Assembly: GCA_002633005.1 (NCBI GenBank)
Contig: NMRA01000032.1
Location: 1,338,940 to 1,401,849 of the forward strand
DNA: 62,910 bases
Source of the DNA: Phoronis australis
Lineage: Eukaryota; Animalia; Phoronida
Reading direction: 5' to 3'
This document shows, piece by piece, positions 27,879-42,800 of this stretch. A model generated the notes under the pieces. It was given only the letters and a program-made list of their open reading frames with translations, did not search any database and was not told where the DNA came from. The position numbers and the translations under genes were made by a program. How positions within the stretch are numbered: position 1 is the first letter of the stretch; each line of letters begins with the position of its first letter.

Positions 27879-28891
27879 CTACAACACAAAATGGGAAATT
27901 ACTGTCTGACAGGTCACATGAGGTTGTTTTTCAATTTTACGACAATCATTTCTAAATACAAACATTATTTAAACGCAATTGAGTACTAAACAGATAATAT
28001 CAATATTTAAGGCAGTCATACAGTTCGGTCTCGGTCGATACGTGGAATAATGTCTCGTGGGATATTACTTCATGTACGCCACTCTAGGTACGTTTTGAGT
28101 ATATATATGATGGCAATGTCAGGGGGAAATAATTAGCATGTACAAAACAGTACTAAAACCGCTGAGAAAATCGAGCGCAGGACAAGCCGGCAACAATTTT
28201 CCTGATATGGTAACTACTACTTCACAAAAAACAAAACTGCAAAATAAACATTAATAACAAACAAACAAACACGTAAAATAACATAAATAAGTAAACATAC
28301 ACGGGCTGGCTTTTTCACAGACACACTCACTCCAAATGTCACTAATATCTGTAAATTAATTTAAAACTAGTCGACTACAATGACCAACAAATATAACTCA
28401 GCCACTTTATATAACAAAACTAAGTGTATTTAACAATATTACAATTTTATCTAATCTGATCTGATGCACTAAGAAATTTTGGATGATGACTAAACGATAG
28501 AGAATTCAGTAGAATATTTTTATTTCATCTACACTAAAGTAGTCAGAAATCTTGGATGGCCACTAAACAAGAGAAAGTTGCAAAGATACAAGGTAAAGGA
28601 ACTGAAAAGTATGCACTCCAGTGTTTTGTAAGTTGAAAATAAATCCTGAGTAATAAGGTATAATGAGCACTGTTTAGATAATATGAGTATTACCTTGGGA
28701 CATCCCTATTCACACAAAATTTGAGTAACAAATAAGGCAAGACAACTGCAGTAATTTGTTTTCTACTTTATACCATTCTTGTGTCCATAAACCAATTCAT
28801 TTAGTACTTTATCTTATAATAGATGGTGATCTTTTGACCTGCCAAAGCTGCAGTCAATATAACTTCAAACTGAAGCCGACATAACACTTAC

Positions 28892-29030
28892 ACAACATTC
28901 CCTCTATTTCATGGACCTTTTTCACACATTCTGTCCGATAGCATCCCATTGTAATAATATATGGTGAAACAATTTCTTTGAATTCTTCTAGTCGGCAAAT
29001 GGATGACTTAATCTTAGGAATCTGAAGATC
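28892..29030 (-). CDS. ACP6: ACP6-like phosphatase exon DLQIPKIKSSICRLEEFKEIVSPYII...ECVKK
   Basis: Acceptor tttattccAG, donor GTAAGT. Matches the C-x-L-x-x-F...PY...C C-terminal region of histidine acid phosphatases. Confidence 0.85.
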
Positions 29031-29728
29031 CTGGAATAAATAACATTTCAAATATTTAATGATTGCTAAAAGCCACAATGTAAACACAGACATAATTGGA
29101 CTTCTGTCATAAAAGGCATTTGAATTATTTCCCAGTCCTGGCAAATTACACATTAGTCCCAATCAGCATTACAAATACAGGCCACTCCATGCCACAAAAA
29201 TTTCTAGCACAGCAAATGGTGGGTTCTGAGTATGTAAAACGAAGACAAGACAAAACTGCTAAGTTAACAGATTTCTTTCCAATCAGCTTCTAAGAAGTGT
29301 AATAGTAAAAACCATTAAGGATCCCACCAGGAAATGAATGGCAAACAATTTGCACGAATCTTGTAAACTGTCAGCACAAGGAATTTCCAGCGGAAAGCTC
29401 AAGATCATAAAAAGATCTTTGGGTCTTCTCATAGAACTCCAAAATTACACCTGGTGTTGAGAAGCAATACAACCTATTGGAAGTTATCTGTTTTGACATG
29501 AAGAGCCAGTGTTGACTTGGAGATCCAATGAGTTACACAAGGTTATGTCTCACTCTGTAACAGAGTTTTTTACATAATTTACGAAGATCTTTTTATACTT
29601 GTGTTGTGTTGTATGTGTGTGTGTGTGCATGTGTGCCACTGCTTGCGTGTAGGGAATTCTAGTGAGACTAGTGTGCTTGATTTAAGTTGTATTATTTCCA
29701 AATTGAGTGCCTTGAATAAGTAGCAATG

Positions 29729-29822
29729 GTCATTAAAGGACCCCTGGATGTTGAGAACCAGCTTGATGCCCGTTATTCAGTGGAGAAAACTGGTTCTCAA
29801 ACCCCAGGACCCGGTAAGTGAC
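29729..29822. mobile_element. ~95-bp hairpin MITE, copy 1
   Basis: Arms ttgagaaccag / ctggttctcaa. Homologous to 34412-34510 and 45018-45113. Confidence 0.75.
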
Positions 29823-29992
29823 ATTATTTAACAAATAATAAACAATACAATGCCTGGTAACATATTGATGCTGTTTGCAAAATTATCAATTATTTGCTTC
29901 CAGTAATTTCACAATGGCATATATAGTAGCAATAGCAACAAAAAGCAAAACTGCTACTTTAGCACTGAAGGGGTCACAAATGTTAGCCTTAC

Positions 29993-30161
29993 CTGCCCTA
30001 AGTACATTGTGCGGACCCAGAATTGCCCTACCCCGTCTTCATAAAGCTCAAACCGTAAGTCTGCTGCATATGGTGGCCAGGTACCATCGGATGAACCTAT
30101 TGATGCCAACAGTGGCATCAGCGTTGAGTCATGGCACGAGTACAGATACAACTTGTGTTTA
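29993..30161 (-). CDS. ACP6: ACP6-like lysophosphatidic acid phosphatase exon carrying the catalytic HD motif
   Basis: KLYLYSCHDSTLMPLL...WPPYAADLRFELY...WVRTMYLGQ parallels ACP6 KLYLYAAHDVT...WPPFAVDLTMELY (recalled from memory). Acceptor ttcctttctAG, donor CAG|GTAAGG. Confidence 0.93.
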
Positions 30162-30544
30162 CTAGAAAGGAAATAATTACAAATTGCTTCTGTAGACATA
30201 AATATACCCATTTTCTCAATATGCAAATAAAAATGAATCTCAAAAATTTTGGATGAAAGTTGCAAATAATTAGTGATTCCATTTTCATTTTTCAGTTCAA
30301 AATGAGATCATGACCTAATGTATGTATGGGATCAGTTGTCTCCGAAACTAACGGCTGGATGACCATGGTCATGAAAACAATCGTGTTTGTTCGTTATAAA
30401 TTTGTTTTCAGAGATAATTCCGGGACCGACTAAATCTTTCGTCTGGCACTGATGTCAGCGGTTAGTCTTGCATTGAACCAACAGGGCAGAATGATCCTCT
30501 GATACAATTTCAAGTTTTATGACCAAAGAGTTGATTTACAGTAC

Positions 30545-30631
30545 CTCTTATTCCTAATATTTACGTCAAAGTTGGTCAACATTTGATTCAGCAAGGGACC
30601 AACAGCAAGTCTCAAACCTTCTTCTACATTT
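30545..30631 (-). CDS. ACP6: ACP6-like exon NVEEGLRLAVGPLLNQMLTNFDVNIRNK (not in the ORF track)
   Basis: Acceptor cttttcattttcAG, donor AG|GTAC, phase 2-2. Resembles ACP6 ESLQMAVGPFLHIL..N. Confidence 0.88.
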
Positions 30632-31099
30632 CTGAAAATGAAAAGACCAATATAATAATTCAGATAATATTAGGTCAGCAATGTGATCACTCATGTTTCA
30701 TATTACCGATCTGTTCCAAATTACAAGAACAGAAAGTTGTTTCTTTAAATATCAGCTGCTATTAACAATTAACTCTTAGCCTAGGACCTCCCTAGGAGTT
30801 CGTTAAAAAAGCAAGACTTGGCGAGATTATGCGAGATGTTGTCAAGCATTTTCAATGAGAGCATGTGATTTTGGCTAAATTTTTTTCTAAAATGAAGCAA
30901 GTGGAGAGTGAGTACACATCATAATAATGACAATGATAATAAGAAATAAACTTAATGGTCTCTAGAGGACACATTGCATGCATTAACCAACACAGTCTTC
31001 ATATATGCAAACAAGTGACACCTTGACAATACACATCACACTGCAACACATTTTGCACAGAAAAAATACTATGTGAAGTTTTGGAGCTGGAGAATTTTA

Positions 31100-31190
31100 C
31101 TCAAGGGTCTAGCAGTGCAGTCTGGTGGAACTTGAACCCTCGGTCTTGACACTGGGAGATGGTAACCACCGGTAGGCCACACTGCTTCCA
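31100..31190 (-). mobile_element. Degenerate tRNA-derived SINE head; related fragment at 51165-51210
   Basis: A-box-like TGGCCTACCGGTGG and B-box-like GGTTCAAGTTCC, followed by ctgctagacccttgag, which is also seen in the second copy. Confidence 0.5.
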
Positions 31191-31768
31191 TGCTTATAAA
31201 CAACATTGAACACCACTTTAAAGGTTTAAATTGTCTACTTAAAACAACAAACGAACTACCAAAGAATGTATAATTGCCAAAACAATCTATAAACTTCCGT
31301 TTGTCCCTGTTGTACATGCCTCGTCATGTAAAATCGCGAGGAGAACGTGTTTTAATAAAGCCACACACTTTAAAGGACGAAAAAATTCACAGAAATTTCC
31401 CACATTGTCATTAAATGGGCCACGTGCCAAGCACGCAAAATGATCCCAAAAGTGCTCCCATGGTAACAGTGATTCAAAAATTTTGTCAAGTTTAGCAACT
31501 GTTGATCAACATTCATCCAGAATTCCGGAATTATTACAACCACCAGTGCTGCCGCCACCACCACAAATTAAAATAACTAATTGTTATGATCGTTAATGGT
31601 AGTATCATAACAATCATAATACAATAAAATCGACCAAATTATCATCACAATCACAGGTCTACCCAAAGCTATGCAATTTGCAGGAAATAAAATTTGAAGA
31701 TATTAAATATGACACATTGTGAGAATGATTGAGTGAAGATTCAACAAAAGAACAGTCACGTTACTTAC

Positions 31769-31869
31769 TCTGGTGTGCCTGTATTTCCCTGATTCGCCAC
31801 CTTTACAGCAAGCTCAGCAATTGCGTCAAAGTGTTCTTGTAAGAAATCCGGAATAGGCAAACCATGCGC
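31769..31869 (-). CDS. ACP6: ACP6-like exon AHGLPIPDFLQEHFDAIAELAVKVANQGNTGTP (not in the ORF track)
   Basis: Acceptor tttatttgcAG, donor GA|GTAAGT, phase 0-2. Resembles ACP6 AHNLP......IEQRAV. Confidence 0.88.
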
Positions 31870-33009
31870 CTGCAAATAAATGGATGAAGTTAATGTTCAA
31901 GTGCTTGCAGTTATATGAAAATACAATAGATGGCGCTGACTATAGATTATTTAATAGAAGACTTGGACATACATTCAAGGTAATGTGTGTCCAACTTCGT
32001 TGCCTAAGCATTAAGGGATCAAAAATCTGAGGTCAAAGAATTTATTGAGAGAACAAATACTGGGATTTGAATAATGCCTACTGACGTTCTAAATCAATGC
32101 AAAATCTGCATGAACAGGAATGGTGACTCAGTCAATGAAGAGTTCACTAAATGTAAAAGGACCACGATCGTGTAGTAATATATTTCTGAAGTGATTTTAC
32201 TTATAATAACATATTTGTAATATCCAAAATGAAATTTTATCACACAATCATTTTTTCAGGTCTATGTAATATGGCCAAACTGTCAGGGCAAATATTTACC
32301 TCTGCACACAGCATGCATAAAGTGTAACAGAAAGCGACTGTGACTCTAATTTTTTCCAAACATTCAACACATAAAGTTGGTGCACACTTCACTAATGTAC
32401 TGACGATTCAATATCAGTATCTTTAATATATGATTATCATTGATGTTATTACTATAATCGTTAGCATACTTATCTCTTGTCATGACTGTAATAAATGTAA
32501 TTAACAATGTTGTTATTACAACATAAGTAATGTAATTAGAACTTGATGCATAACATCAAGTCATTTCATCAAATGTGACTTTTTCTTGTAATGCACGACG
32601 ACTCTTGGGAAGAAATGAGGATGATCTTGCATTTTCGCAAGTGTATTGGGTCTACAGAACGGGCACCAGCTTGTGTCAAACAATTACGGCTTCCATCTAG
32701 TTACTACCTGTTAGTAGTTTGAGCACATACTCCGATATGTGCAGAATGTACCAAACAAATCTAAAGTCACATAGGCGAGCTGCATGTTGGCAAATCCAGC
32801 CTTGCGTTATCATTGTTACTACACCCACGCCCACACCCACCTCCAACCCCCCATAAAAATATTTTGACACTGATTTTATGAGAGTAAAAAGTGTCATTAG
32901 ATTTTTGTTTTTTAGCCAGCTAAACAACATGACAAAAAGTGACTTTATGACTCAGTCAAACCTTGAATGGTTGTCTAATTTCATACTTCTGGGCTCAAAT
33001 AAATTTATT

Positions 33010-33030
33010 ATCATCATCATCATCATCATC
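33010..33030. repeat. (ATC)7 microsatellite
   Basis: Read directly from the sequence; it explains the poly-Ile ORF at 32878-33078. Confidence 0.9.
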
Positions 33031-33904
33031 ATTACCGTTATTGTTGTTATTATTGTAAATATTGTTACCATAAACTGAATGTTTTGAGACTGTTGAATGG
33101 CACTTGAATATATATATCAATTTAATGTTCTGTGGATATGCTGGGTCCACTTGACAAGCTGTTAAAATCTCAATCTCAACTTTTTCGCAAAGACTTTCTC
33201 AGAGTTTGTCAGTAACCCTGAGGAAAGTCTAAGACAGCCCACGTGCTGGTCACCTCATTACCACGGATACACGGAAACGGGAGTGGCAACTGGAGGGAAT
33301 GAAAAATCATAGCAACCAAATTAATCAGAAAGTTAACATTCAAACAAAACAAACCAAATGCACAAGAGTTTCGAGCTTATATCATGGTCTCTACCTGGCC
33401 ATAAATTATTCAGAACTCATAAATCTGACAAGAGTGTCCCCCAAGGTTTACGGTTCAAAAAATGTAGAGTCAATATAACCGGTAGATATTTCGAAAATTG
33501 AAGAATTGTAACACCATAGGATCTTGACACAAAACTAGGGCTACAATGATTCATTTTTAAGTTGGAAAAATACTGTTAATCAATCATCTAAATTAAGAGC
33601 CTACAAAATTTTTGAAAAGGACTTTTTTAATGAAAACTACCCACGTTCCTGTTTGACCAGATATAGTAGATCACTTATATCACGATTTCATTTTGAAATT
33701 CTCCCAGAAACTGGTAGGTTTTCTAACACTGATCTCTGTAACAGACCGTTATTGCTTTGTAATTTGCATGCTGTTAAGGATAAAATGTGGGACTGCATCA
33801 ACACCTCGGATTTGGAAAAAGGTAACAATGTCTATGTCCACACTGTTTTGCTGCAATTTTTCACCTATTCCAACAAACTGAAGTTTCAAATTAATGTCCG
33901 ATGC

Positions 33905-34135
33905 TAAGTTGGCTAAAAACCAAAATCAAATAAATCGAATTAGCCATTTTACTCTCGGTCTCATTGTTTTCAACAAGTAAATCAAAACCATCAGCTCTTG
34001 GCAAACCCTAAAATTGTGGATTTAAAAATGGAGCATCTATGCACGATCTGCGACTTGAGTTGCCGGCTCATTTTGCAAAGCGAATTCAACATTGACAGCT
34101 AAAGAGCGGCGTAAAGCAGCTTTGAATAAAATGCC
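33905..34135. mobile_element. Dispersed repeat fragment; inverted relative at ~56470-56810
   Basis: Shared blocks aaaaccatcagc, aaccctaaaattg, cgacttgagttgccg and gaattcaa..ttgacagc occur reverse-complemented in the second copy. Confidence 0.65.
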
Positions 34136-34411
34136 GTATTAAAATAGGTGAAAAACTGACCCATACAAATACCAAGATACTAAAAAACCAAATGGGCAAC
34201 ACAGAGATTTTCACCCTCACTAGTTACATTGGAGACCCACCTAGTACAATACAATCTACAGCCAATCAAGGTACATTTCATAAACTGAGGTTGACCTTAT
34301 AAGTTAATTAAATTATTTGTAATAACTGCCACATCCAGCTGACTGTTCACTAGGCTCAGTATGATGCAGGAAATGAGTATGACAAATAAGCAGTCTGTGC
34401 ACACGGTACTG

Positions 34412-34510
34412 GTCGCTTACAGGGGGGACATGCATTTTGAGAACCAGTTTTCTTCACTAAATAACATGCACCAAGCTGGTTTGCAAAATGCGGGGACCCT
34501 GGTAAGTGAC
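34412..34510. mobile_element. ~95-bp hairpin MITE, copy 2
   Basis: gtcgcttacaggg...gcattttgagaaccag / ctggtttgcaaaatgc...ccctggtaagtgac. Confidence 0.75.
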
Positions 34511-36517
34511 TGTTGCCGATCACCCACTAAGGAGACCAATAGACGATTTCTGTGATCATGTATAACCATTATTTTCATCAGATTATGCCAAAAATCACCA
34601 TCTAAATAATTTAAATGTACTTAAATCGCACATAATACCTTTAATAATGTGCCACTTTCCCAATGGATGACATTATAATTTTAGAATATTACGAAACAAT
34701 GTGCATTTTACACTGAAACATTTACAAAAAATTCACCAACAATTAACATTTGAACATTTTCAATGATTGCACCTTAAGTTATTTATGTAACCTAAAAATT
34801 GACGTGGCTCAGGGAAGTGCAGTTCCAAAACAATTGGTCGTGAAATGCTGTTATCCTGACCAATCACATGCAAGCACCATGAAACTTCAGAAAGTCACAT
34901 TTCAGCAATGGCTTAACGAATTTATATAAAAGTTCAAATTATGCTTTATGCACTAATCTCCAAAAGACTCCACTTTTGCATGAAGGGCTATCAAAATATG
35001 ACTTTTATATTTTTGAAAAACCTCAAAAGTTGCATAAAAAGAATTTTGAAAACTGCAGTTATAGTATTTTTTGAGATTGTATATTAGAACATTTACATAT
35101 TCAAATGAAATTTGGTAATTTCTTTGATGTCATTGTTTTGCTTGAATATACTGTTCCTTTTTGATAAATTTCACTCAAAACATAGTCAGTCCAACTAATG
35201 GCCGATTAGTTTGAAATAAAAAATCAAAGTTTTCAACCTTTCTACTTTTAAGAAAATACATAAATTTATGGAGGGAATTTCCGCATTTTTATGGTTATTT
35301 GGCTAAATGCACATACTACAGAGCTTTAAATTGCTAGTCATGATAGGTTAATTTCACCCACTGAAGGACTATGGCTCTCAGGGGATTCCCAGGCATGTTA
35401 TTGCAAAGGGATTTTCCACTGTGCCTGGGGAGAGTTGACCACACTAACCAGACTTGGTGAGAAATCACCCCACCCCTAGCTGTCTAGGGCTTATAAGAGA
35501 AACATGGAGGCACTGGTGGCCAATAAGCCAAAACTAAAACAAATCCATTATTTCAGATACAGCAGCACAGGCCTAAACGAATGCAAATGTATAACAGTGT
35601 GCATACTGTATATAACAATAATAACATAATATGCAAATTCCAAAAGCATAGAAATTCAGAACCTGGGCCTCCCTTTCTGACTGGTCTAATTAACTTTGAC
35701 ATGCTCAACAGAGTACAGTCTGTCATGGTCTTTTGCCATTGACAAGTCAAGTGCACCCCTGGAAATAAACCACAAACTCTTCCCTGATTCAATGATCAGT
35801 ATCAGACAAGCTCTTGACACTTTGAACACAGAAGTACCAAAAAATGTGAAAGGGGGGAATTTCTAGGAATACCTCAGAAGTTTACTGAGGACTTTACATA
35901 AAAAGATAAAACCTTCCAGTAAGTTATATTGACCAGACATACACTTACACAGAATATGGAAAGTACCGTTACCAAGAATGCTAACTTTAGCATGTAACCA
36001 GCAACGAATAGTTGCTGTCGTCACTCATACTTTTCCTAAGTACTTTTCCTGATGGAAATCACTATCAAGTTCATAATTCTATTTTTACAAGTCTGTCAAA
36101 ACCCGTTTGTGTTTTCAAGGGTTGAAAAATACAGAAACTCAAGTGCCTGAATATATTTTTTTCTAGTAAATCTAACGATATTGTATTCTTGTGCATTAAC
36201 ATGTTGAAAAACATTAGTCACTCTTCTTCTATGACTCAAACGAGGATACGAACAGAATGGAATAAAGATTGTTAATAACGAAGTGTCGTGTGTTTAATCA
36301 ATTTTGCATATCGGAAAACTTGGCTGAAGGCACGACTGTACTTTTTGTTAGACAATATATACTCTCTATACTCTCTGTACAATATGTTCCGGTGTGCAGT
36401 CAATGTGCAGCAAATCACTAAGAGACACATCCAATGGTAAAAAAGGCATTCTGTACATATAACTTGAGGTTGAGTACTTGAAGCTGAGCAGGAGTGGCTG
36501 ATCGTTGACATAACCAA

Positions 36518-36833
36518 GGCCCTGTTCCATGAAAGTGACACGTGACTTTTAAGTCACATGTCACTAATTTCTGTCTTAAAAGATAGAAATTAGGTTTTTT
36601 ATAATGCTCCCACTACGCTATTACAAAAATTAGGTTTAGTCGTGTAATTATTCCCACATCACTGGCTGGAAATTATTTGTACAAATTTTCTCAGTAAGTA
36701 ATAGTTATCTGCATATTCTCAGTTACTTTGTTCTTTTGCAACAGTGAATAATTTTCAGAAATGGCTATGTGAAACATAAGACCAAATTTCTGTCTTAAAT
36801 CTTAAGTCACTTTCACTGATGAAACGGACACCC
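36518..36833. mobile_element. Degenerate MITE, possibly PIF/Harbinger-like, with an internal palindrome at 36535-36564
   Basis: Ends ggccctgttccatgaaagtgac / gtcactttcactgatgaaacggacaccc are imperfect inverted repeats. Confidence 0.45.
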
Positions 36834-39800
36834 TGGATATGTACGTCAATTATAGCTATACTGATGATGAATTTGCGTCTACTGTACTGTTACTTCATTT
36901 ACAGGCTGTGGAGCTAATACTAACATGAATTAGAATTCTTGAAAGTAGCACAGACTTACAACACACTTTTGACATTTCGAAAAGCCTGTAACTGACATGA
37001 CAACCACTAATCATTACAGAATGCTATTTGCTAAGCTTATTAAATATTGATGCACTTGATATTTTTTGAAACTTCAACTGTTCACAGCCAACTAGCGTGT
37101 GATCATATCTTTTGTTGGTTTGACTTAACAACAGTATGTTAAAAATTCTCCAATTTGGGAGACTGAATAATTGTTTTGCGCTAGGTTGGAGCTTGTATCA
37201 AACTTTAGATATATGGTTTTGGTATTCCCAAATTCAAGAATTTTGAACAAAGACAAACGATTATTCACTGTTGATGTTAGACATTATGAGGATGCTTGAA
37301 AACATGTTGGTGGCTTTCATTTCGTTCAGGCAGTGAACACACTTCAAAGGGGTATTACTAAGTCAATTAAGATGATGATGATGTGCTTGTTAAATATATG
37401 ATAAAAATGCAAAAGTTGAAACACCGAACATTCCACTCAGCACTTATCAGTGTTCAAAATCAAATGGGAAGCTGAAATGTAAACTAATTATCTGAGACAC
37501 CAGTCTTCTCGTAATGTGGCCATCTGCAGTAAAGGTACCCACATGCGGACAGACGGGATTACACATTAAGCGGAAGTTTTTGATAATTTTATGAACTAAG
37601 AAATTTATTCTCAGACTGTAGTTTTGATTTAATGTGTTTGTGTGATATCTTTACCATGTCTTCTTTTTACTTTGAACAATTTCTGAAATAATTCCAGCAC
37701 ATTATAAAAGTAGAAGTATAATAGTGGTCAATAGCTTACAAATTAATAAATAAAAAGATGCAATTCACTAACAAAAATCATCAATTAAAGTCAAAGCAAA
37801 AATTGGGCGGCGTTCCATAGATTATGGTAGTGAGCTGGTTATAGGAAACACAACCCTGTATAGCAGGTTGCGCGACAACCAATGGAAAACAGGTTGTCTG
37901 ATAACAAGGAAACACTGTTCAGGTTAACTGCATCAGAATGACTGTCATCAAAATACAGACATGCCGAGGAGGCAAGTTGAAATTCCGGATGCATACAAAT
38001 CATCATTTCTATGCTCTCATAAGAGGCTTCTTGACAATTTAAAAAAATAAATCAATCAGACTGCTTGTTTGAAGCGGTCATCGTTTCCTGGAATCACAGC
38101 ATTAAGCAATAGGTCTTTCACAAAGTGGGGGAAAATGAGCTCTGATAATAGTTCATAGCAGAGAATGCCAGATGGAAATCAGAGCGGAGAACTATTAAGA
38201 ATTAATCAAGAATGGTTATTTGGAAATACGCTCCACTGATGATCCCATTGTCAGGCATTCCTTAGAAATGATTCTTTAATTTCACTCAAGGTTATATTTT
38301 TAGAATGGGTAATTAAACATGCCTTTCACTAGTTGTTCTCTAATTTTGGACAGTCAGATTGATTTTGTAAGCTTTTGTAGGAGGTGAAATATGGTAAAAT
38401 CTCACCAATTTGCAACACTATATGGCAAACAAGCAAAATTTTATTTTCCTTTTTTTAAGGGACACGCATCAGTGAATAAAAACATTATCACTTCCGAGTT
38501 CCCCACCACAGCAACCATCAAATTATTTATAGAGATTATGAGCATTCATAAAAAGTTGAAAGTCATTGGAAATTGAGAAAGATCAATTTTTGCAATTATT
38601 TTTGTCCAAATTTGGTTAAATTTTACTGTAAATAAGGTATCAATTGTGACTATTGTATGGAGCACAGAATAAGGCAACCATTTCATAAATTACTAAACTT
38701 CACAACATTTAGCAGGTACAATAGACCAGAACCTCACGCAGACTGAAATTTTTGTTTCAAATTGGCAGAAAATGCTCTCATCATGTGCATAGGAACTACG
38801 GTAACATCTCTTGAATTTAAGACAGAATACCGCAAACAAACATAACACTGTTTTTTCACTATATTATATAAGAGGATATGAAAACTGTTACAACTTTTTA
38901 TTTCTATACCATAAATAAGACTTTGAGAAATTGTAGACAATCCCATTCTTGTCTTAACAATGTTGAAGCCTCTAAGAGTGAAAAACTGCAAGTTTTGGCA
39001 ATTATTTGTTATTTGATGTTCGTCTGGACATACCAACTGATGAATATAATAAATAAAAGCACGAATATCGTAATGAATGTCATGTAAACATATCAGCCAC
39101 CTTGTGCCACAATATATCAATTAAAGGTCATGCAAAAGCTGTACAGGTCGTAATTCTGTCCTTATTATGTTCGTTTTGTTTTGTGAACTTCGTGTTACAA
39201 GACACTTGATCATGTGAAAGTGAGTTAATCACTCACGAGCATATTGTTATGGCATTTATTGACAAAAATGTCAGACGCTAGTGTGATGAATGTGCAAAGA
39301 AGAACCACTTAGGACCTAAATCACACGCACTTTAACATCTCAGTGAACTATGGGATGTGCATACAGTGCAAGCCAGTATTCAAACAAAATGACCCGAAAT
39401 TCCTCGACATGAAAACTGGCAGACGCCAAATCCATAGTCAGACTAGTCTTTCAGGAAAATTTAGTGAGGTGGCAAAGTTATTTGGTAATTACAATTTTGC
39501 CACTCGTGCAGGTATTACTGTACCAGTTACTTTTGCTGTTAATCGAATTAGCTGTTGTAACGGGAAGACGGTATTTTGTCCCATTGCTTTTGTCGTGTAC
39601 TGTACTAAAAAATACGTAAAGCTCCCATATAGGGAATCTTTCTGGATAGATAGTTAAATGAGACAACCCAGCAGTGATGTTTGTGGACGCCATCTGTGGA
39701 CAATAAATAACTTAATTCAAATGCCAAACATCAAAAGCAAATGAGATTGGCCAACACGACTACGGAATTCTGCAACTTCTCTCAAGAAGAACTAAATATA

Positions 39801-42800
39801 CACAAGAGGGTTCTCACAAGTTACAAGTCAGGTGTTATGTGCAAGGAGCCCAATATAAGTAACCTGCGCACGTCTGATGTGATTCAGACATCGAACTGCC
39901 ATCTAACTAATTCTTGACACTGGGTCTGTTCCATGACGTGCATAAGTAAGGAATGTTGTTTCATGCTCCATTCATCTATTTATGAAAAAATATTCAATCT
40001 TACTTTAATGTATAAATCTGATCATTTTATATATAAACTATAGCTCAAATGTGATGTGTAGACAATTCTATTGGTGAAACTTTACTGCAAGTTATCGAGT
40101 GAATGTGGAAAACAGTGGAGATGCTTCAAATAACAAAACCATATTACTTCCGTGTTTTTATTTACATTAACGATGCGTATAATTGGTGTACCAGCACCAA
40201 TGAATCGGAGCATAATAATTCACACATTCAAGACAAGGTTCAAGTCATCCAGTGCCGAGATCTGTTCACAAATACTAACCAATATAAAATATATCAGTAG
40301 AACGCAAAGGACATGGAATCGTCTTAAAACATAAAAACATACTTTAATAAACATAATCTACTTGAAATATCTTCAAAACAACACAAACAACACTTATGTT
40401 TCAAAAATTGAAATATCAATACATTATTAAGGTCGTCTCTGAAATAACTTTAGTATCTACATCATCCTAAACCTCTCCTCTGACACGGGAAGGTTTGCAG
40501 ATAAAATATATTGCTTCCCTTTTTCATCGTTGAATACTTACTGGTGTTGCAAATGTATATCATCTTTAGAATTCAAAAAATCTTCCTTAGCATTGTAAAT
40601 AAAATGCTTTTATAGTTTTTAAATTTCTGGAACCATTCTACGCACTTTGGCCACCGTAGATCTAAGTGAATGTCCTTAGTCAACTACTAAGCTTGAGCCA
40701 TTGACCTTTGAACCTAACGACGGTACAACCCTGCAGTCAACCAAGGTTAGTTTAGACACAAAATGGTGGCCTCTGTATAGTTTCAATTACTGATTAACGA
40801 AATAATGTACAGTGCTTTACAATGTAGGTCACCTTATTTGATTCTTAATTTATATGAAAGCAGAGTCTAGATTGAGCCATGAACATTCACTTACTTCTTT
40901 CAGTATGCTTGTTTTTTTCCTGGTTGGCCCGATTTTAACCGTAGTTCGTGAAGTGAGAATGGCTTTAACTGTGATTCTGATTCACCTTTTTAAACACTAA
41001 AATCACTTCATTCAAGTTCAGACAAAAATCCCAAACTATCGTTTCTTAGGACAGTAAAACAATGCAAAACTGTTAATTTTAACAGCTAACAAGCACTTGT
41101 TAACTCTAAATACCTTTGAGGCAGATCAAAATATCTATTATATAATACCTTACATTTCAAGTAAGTGTAAGCTGAGTACAATGTAAGTTATCAGTTAAAA
41201 CACTTCATTTTTACAACACCAAAACATTGACCAGACTACATTGCGGGCAAGGTCACATGAATACATTGGTCTCGTGAGAGAAAAAATCAACCTAGTTGCT
41301 GACCTGAGGTTGTAACTTTGATTCTTATAACTCATTTTTTTTCAAAATATATGACTGAGCTAACTCTAGGCTATGCAATGTGGACACATGAAATCCACTT
41401 TCCATGTATGAATTAATCTGTGACAAGGCATTATCAACAGCTATCACCATTGTGATTTTAACAACAGGTGGCACTGATATTGTGAGTGGAGATCACCATC
41501 TTGAGACTTGTTTGACTGGCAAGGACTTATGGGTAATCTATGGCACTGTTCCATTCACTCTCTCCACTGTCACCATCTCCAACTGTGGATAAGTCTCCAA
41601 CAGTTTCTGTTGCAGACTGGCCATCTGTGTAGTGTTGCCATGGAAATGGTCTTGAATTACTAGAAAACAAAACAAAACAGGATCTAGGAATGAGTAACAC
41701 TAGAGGTAAGAGTTCATATTTCAATCACAGACACACAGTTGTTCTGAGTAACATTAACCATCACCAATGCTCAACTACTGAAAGGTGTCATCCCTCATTT
41801 CCCCCACACATAATTCAAGTTGATTTGCAAACTATTACAAGAGCCACTCACACTGTGCAATAATGCAGTTGCAATAAATTCTCATTCATGTGTAATATCA
41901 GATCAACAAGCTTCTTTCCATGTCTCATAGCATGTGGTAATATAATGAAAATAAATCCTCAGTCATGTTTAATATCAGATTGACAAGCTTCCCTCCAAAG
42001 CAATTTTCTGCCATGAAATGGGCAAAGTTTTCTATCAAAGAAACACTAATATACTAAAAATGCAAGCGGTAATTTAAAAAATCATGAAAGTTTTTGATGA
42101 GTATGTTAGAGAATTTGTACGCATTCGAATACCATTACATGCTTTTTTCTAAATTCAGAATGTGATACATTTTCAAATGAAATCTTCATACAGAGGAATT
42201 ATTGACAGTAAAATTGCTCTTGATTCCAATTTAAAACAAATTGTTGACCCCTATTCTATGAACACACACAACTGCCTTTTGCCAGCATAATGTTATAAGC
42301 AAAACACTTCATGTTTCAAGACACATAGAGCTAACAACTTAACCCTAATTACCTCCCAGGCAAATTTAAAGGTGATGTTGAGTATGGAGATTTAGTAGGC
42401 AGAGCTAATGTTACACGATTTAACTATGAGCAGCTGAAGTGCGTAATTTTGATGGTGACAAATTCTATTTATTCATTGCAAGCAGGGTATTTTATCTTGT
42501 TGCTAAACCTGGCTTCAAAGTGAGAGAGCCAGTCGTAAACAAAAATAATGTTTAGTTTAGAGAACATTTTTTTCATACAGTAGCCTGGCAGTCAGACACC
42601 ACAACAAAAGTACTTGAACATATTCAAATACCAACAGTGCAGATATTTCCCAGTGAGATCATGCACAGCATTCCTCAGTGACCACTGAACATACAGCAGG
42701 TGCCAAGTCTATACCACAGAGACTGAGATACTAATCTTTGGATAGTACAGTGTGATGATCTTAGCACTGACAAACAAACAATGTGGTTCCTGGAAGATAC

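Noticed and set aside
39880-39945. Minus-strand ARHGTDP as the missing ACP6 RHG motif
   Set aside because: Lacks RHGxRxP, is closed by a stop a few codons later, and has no suitable acceptor.
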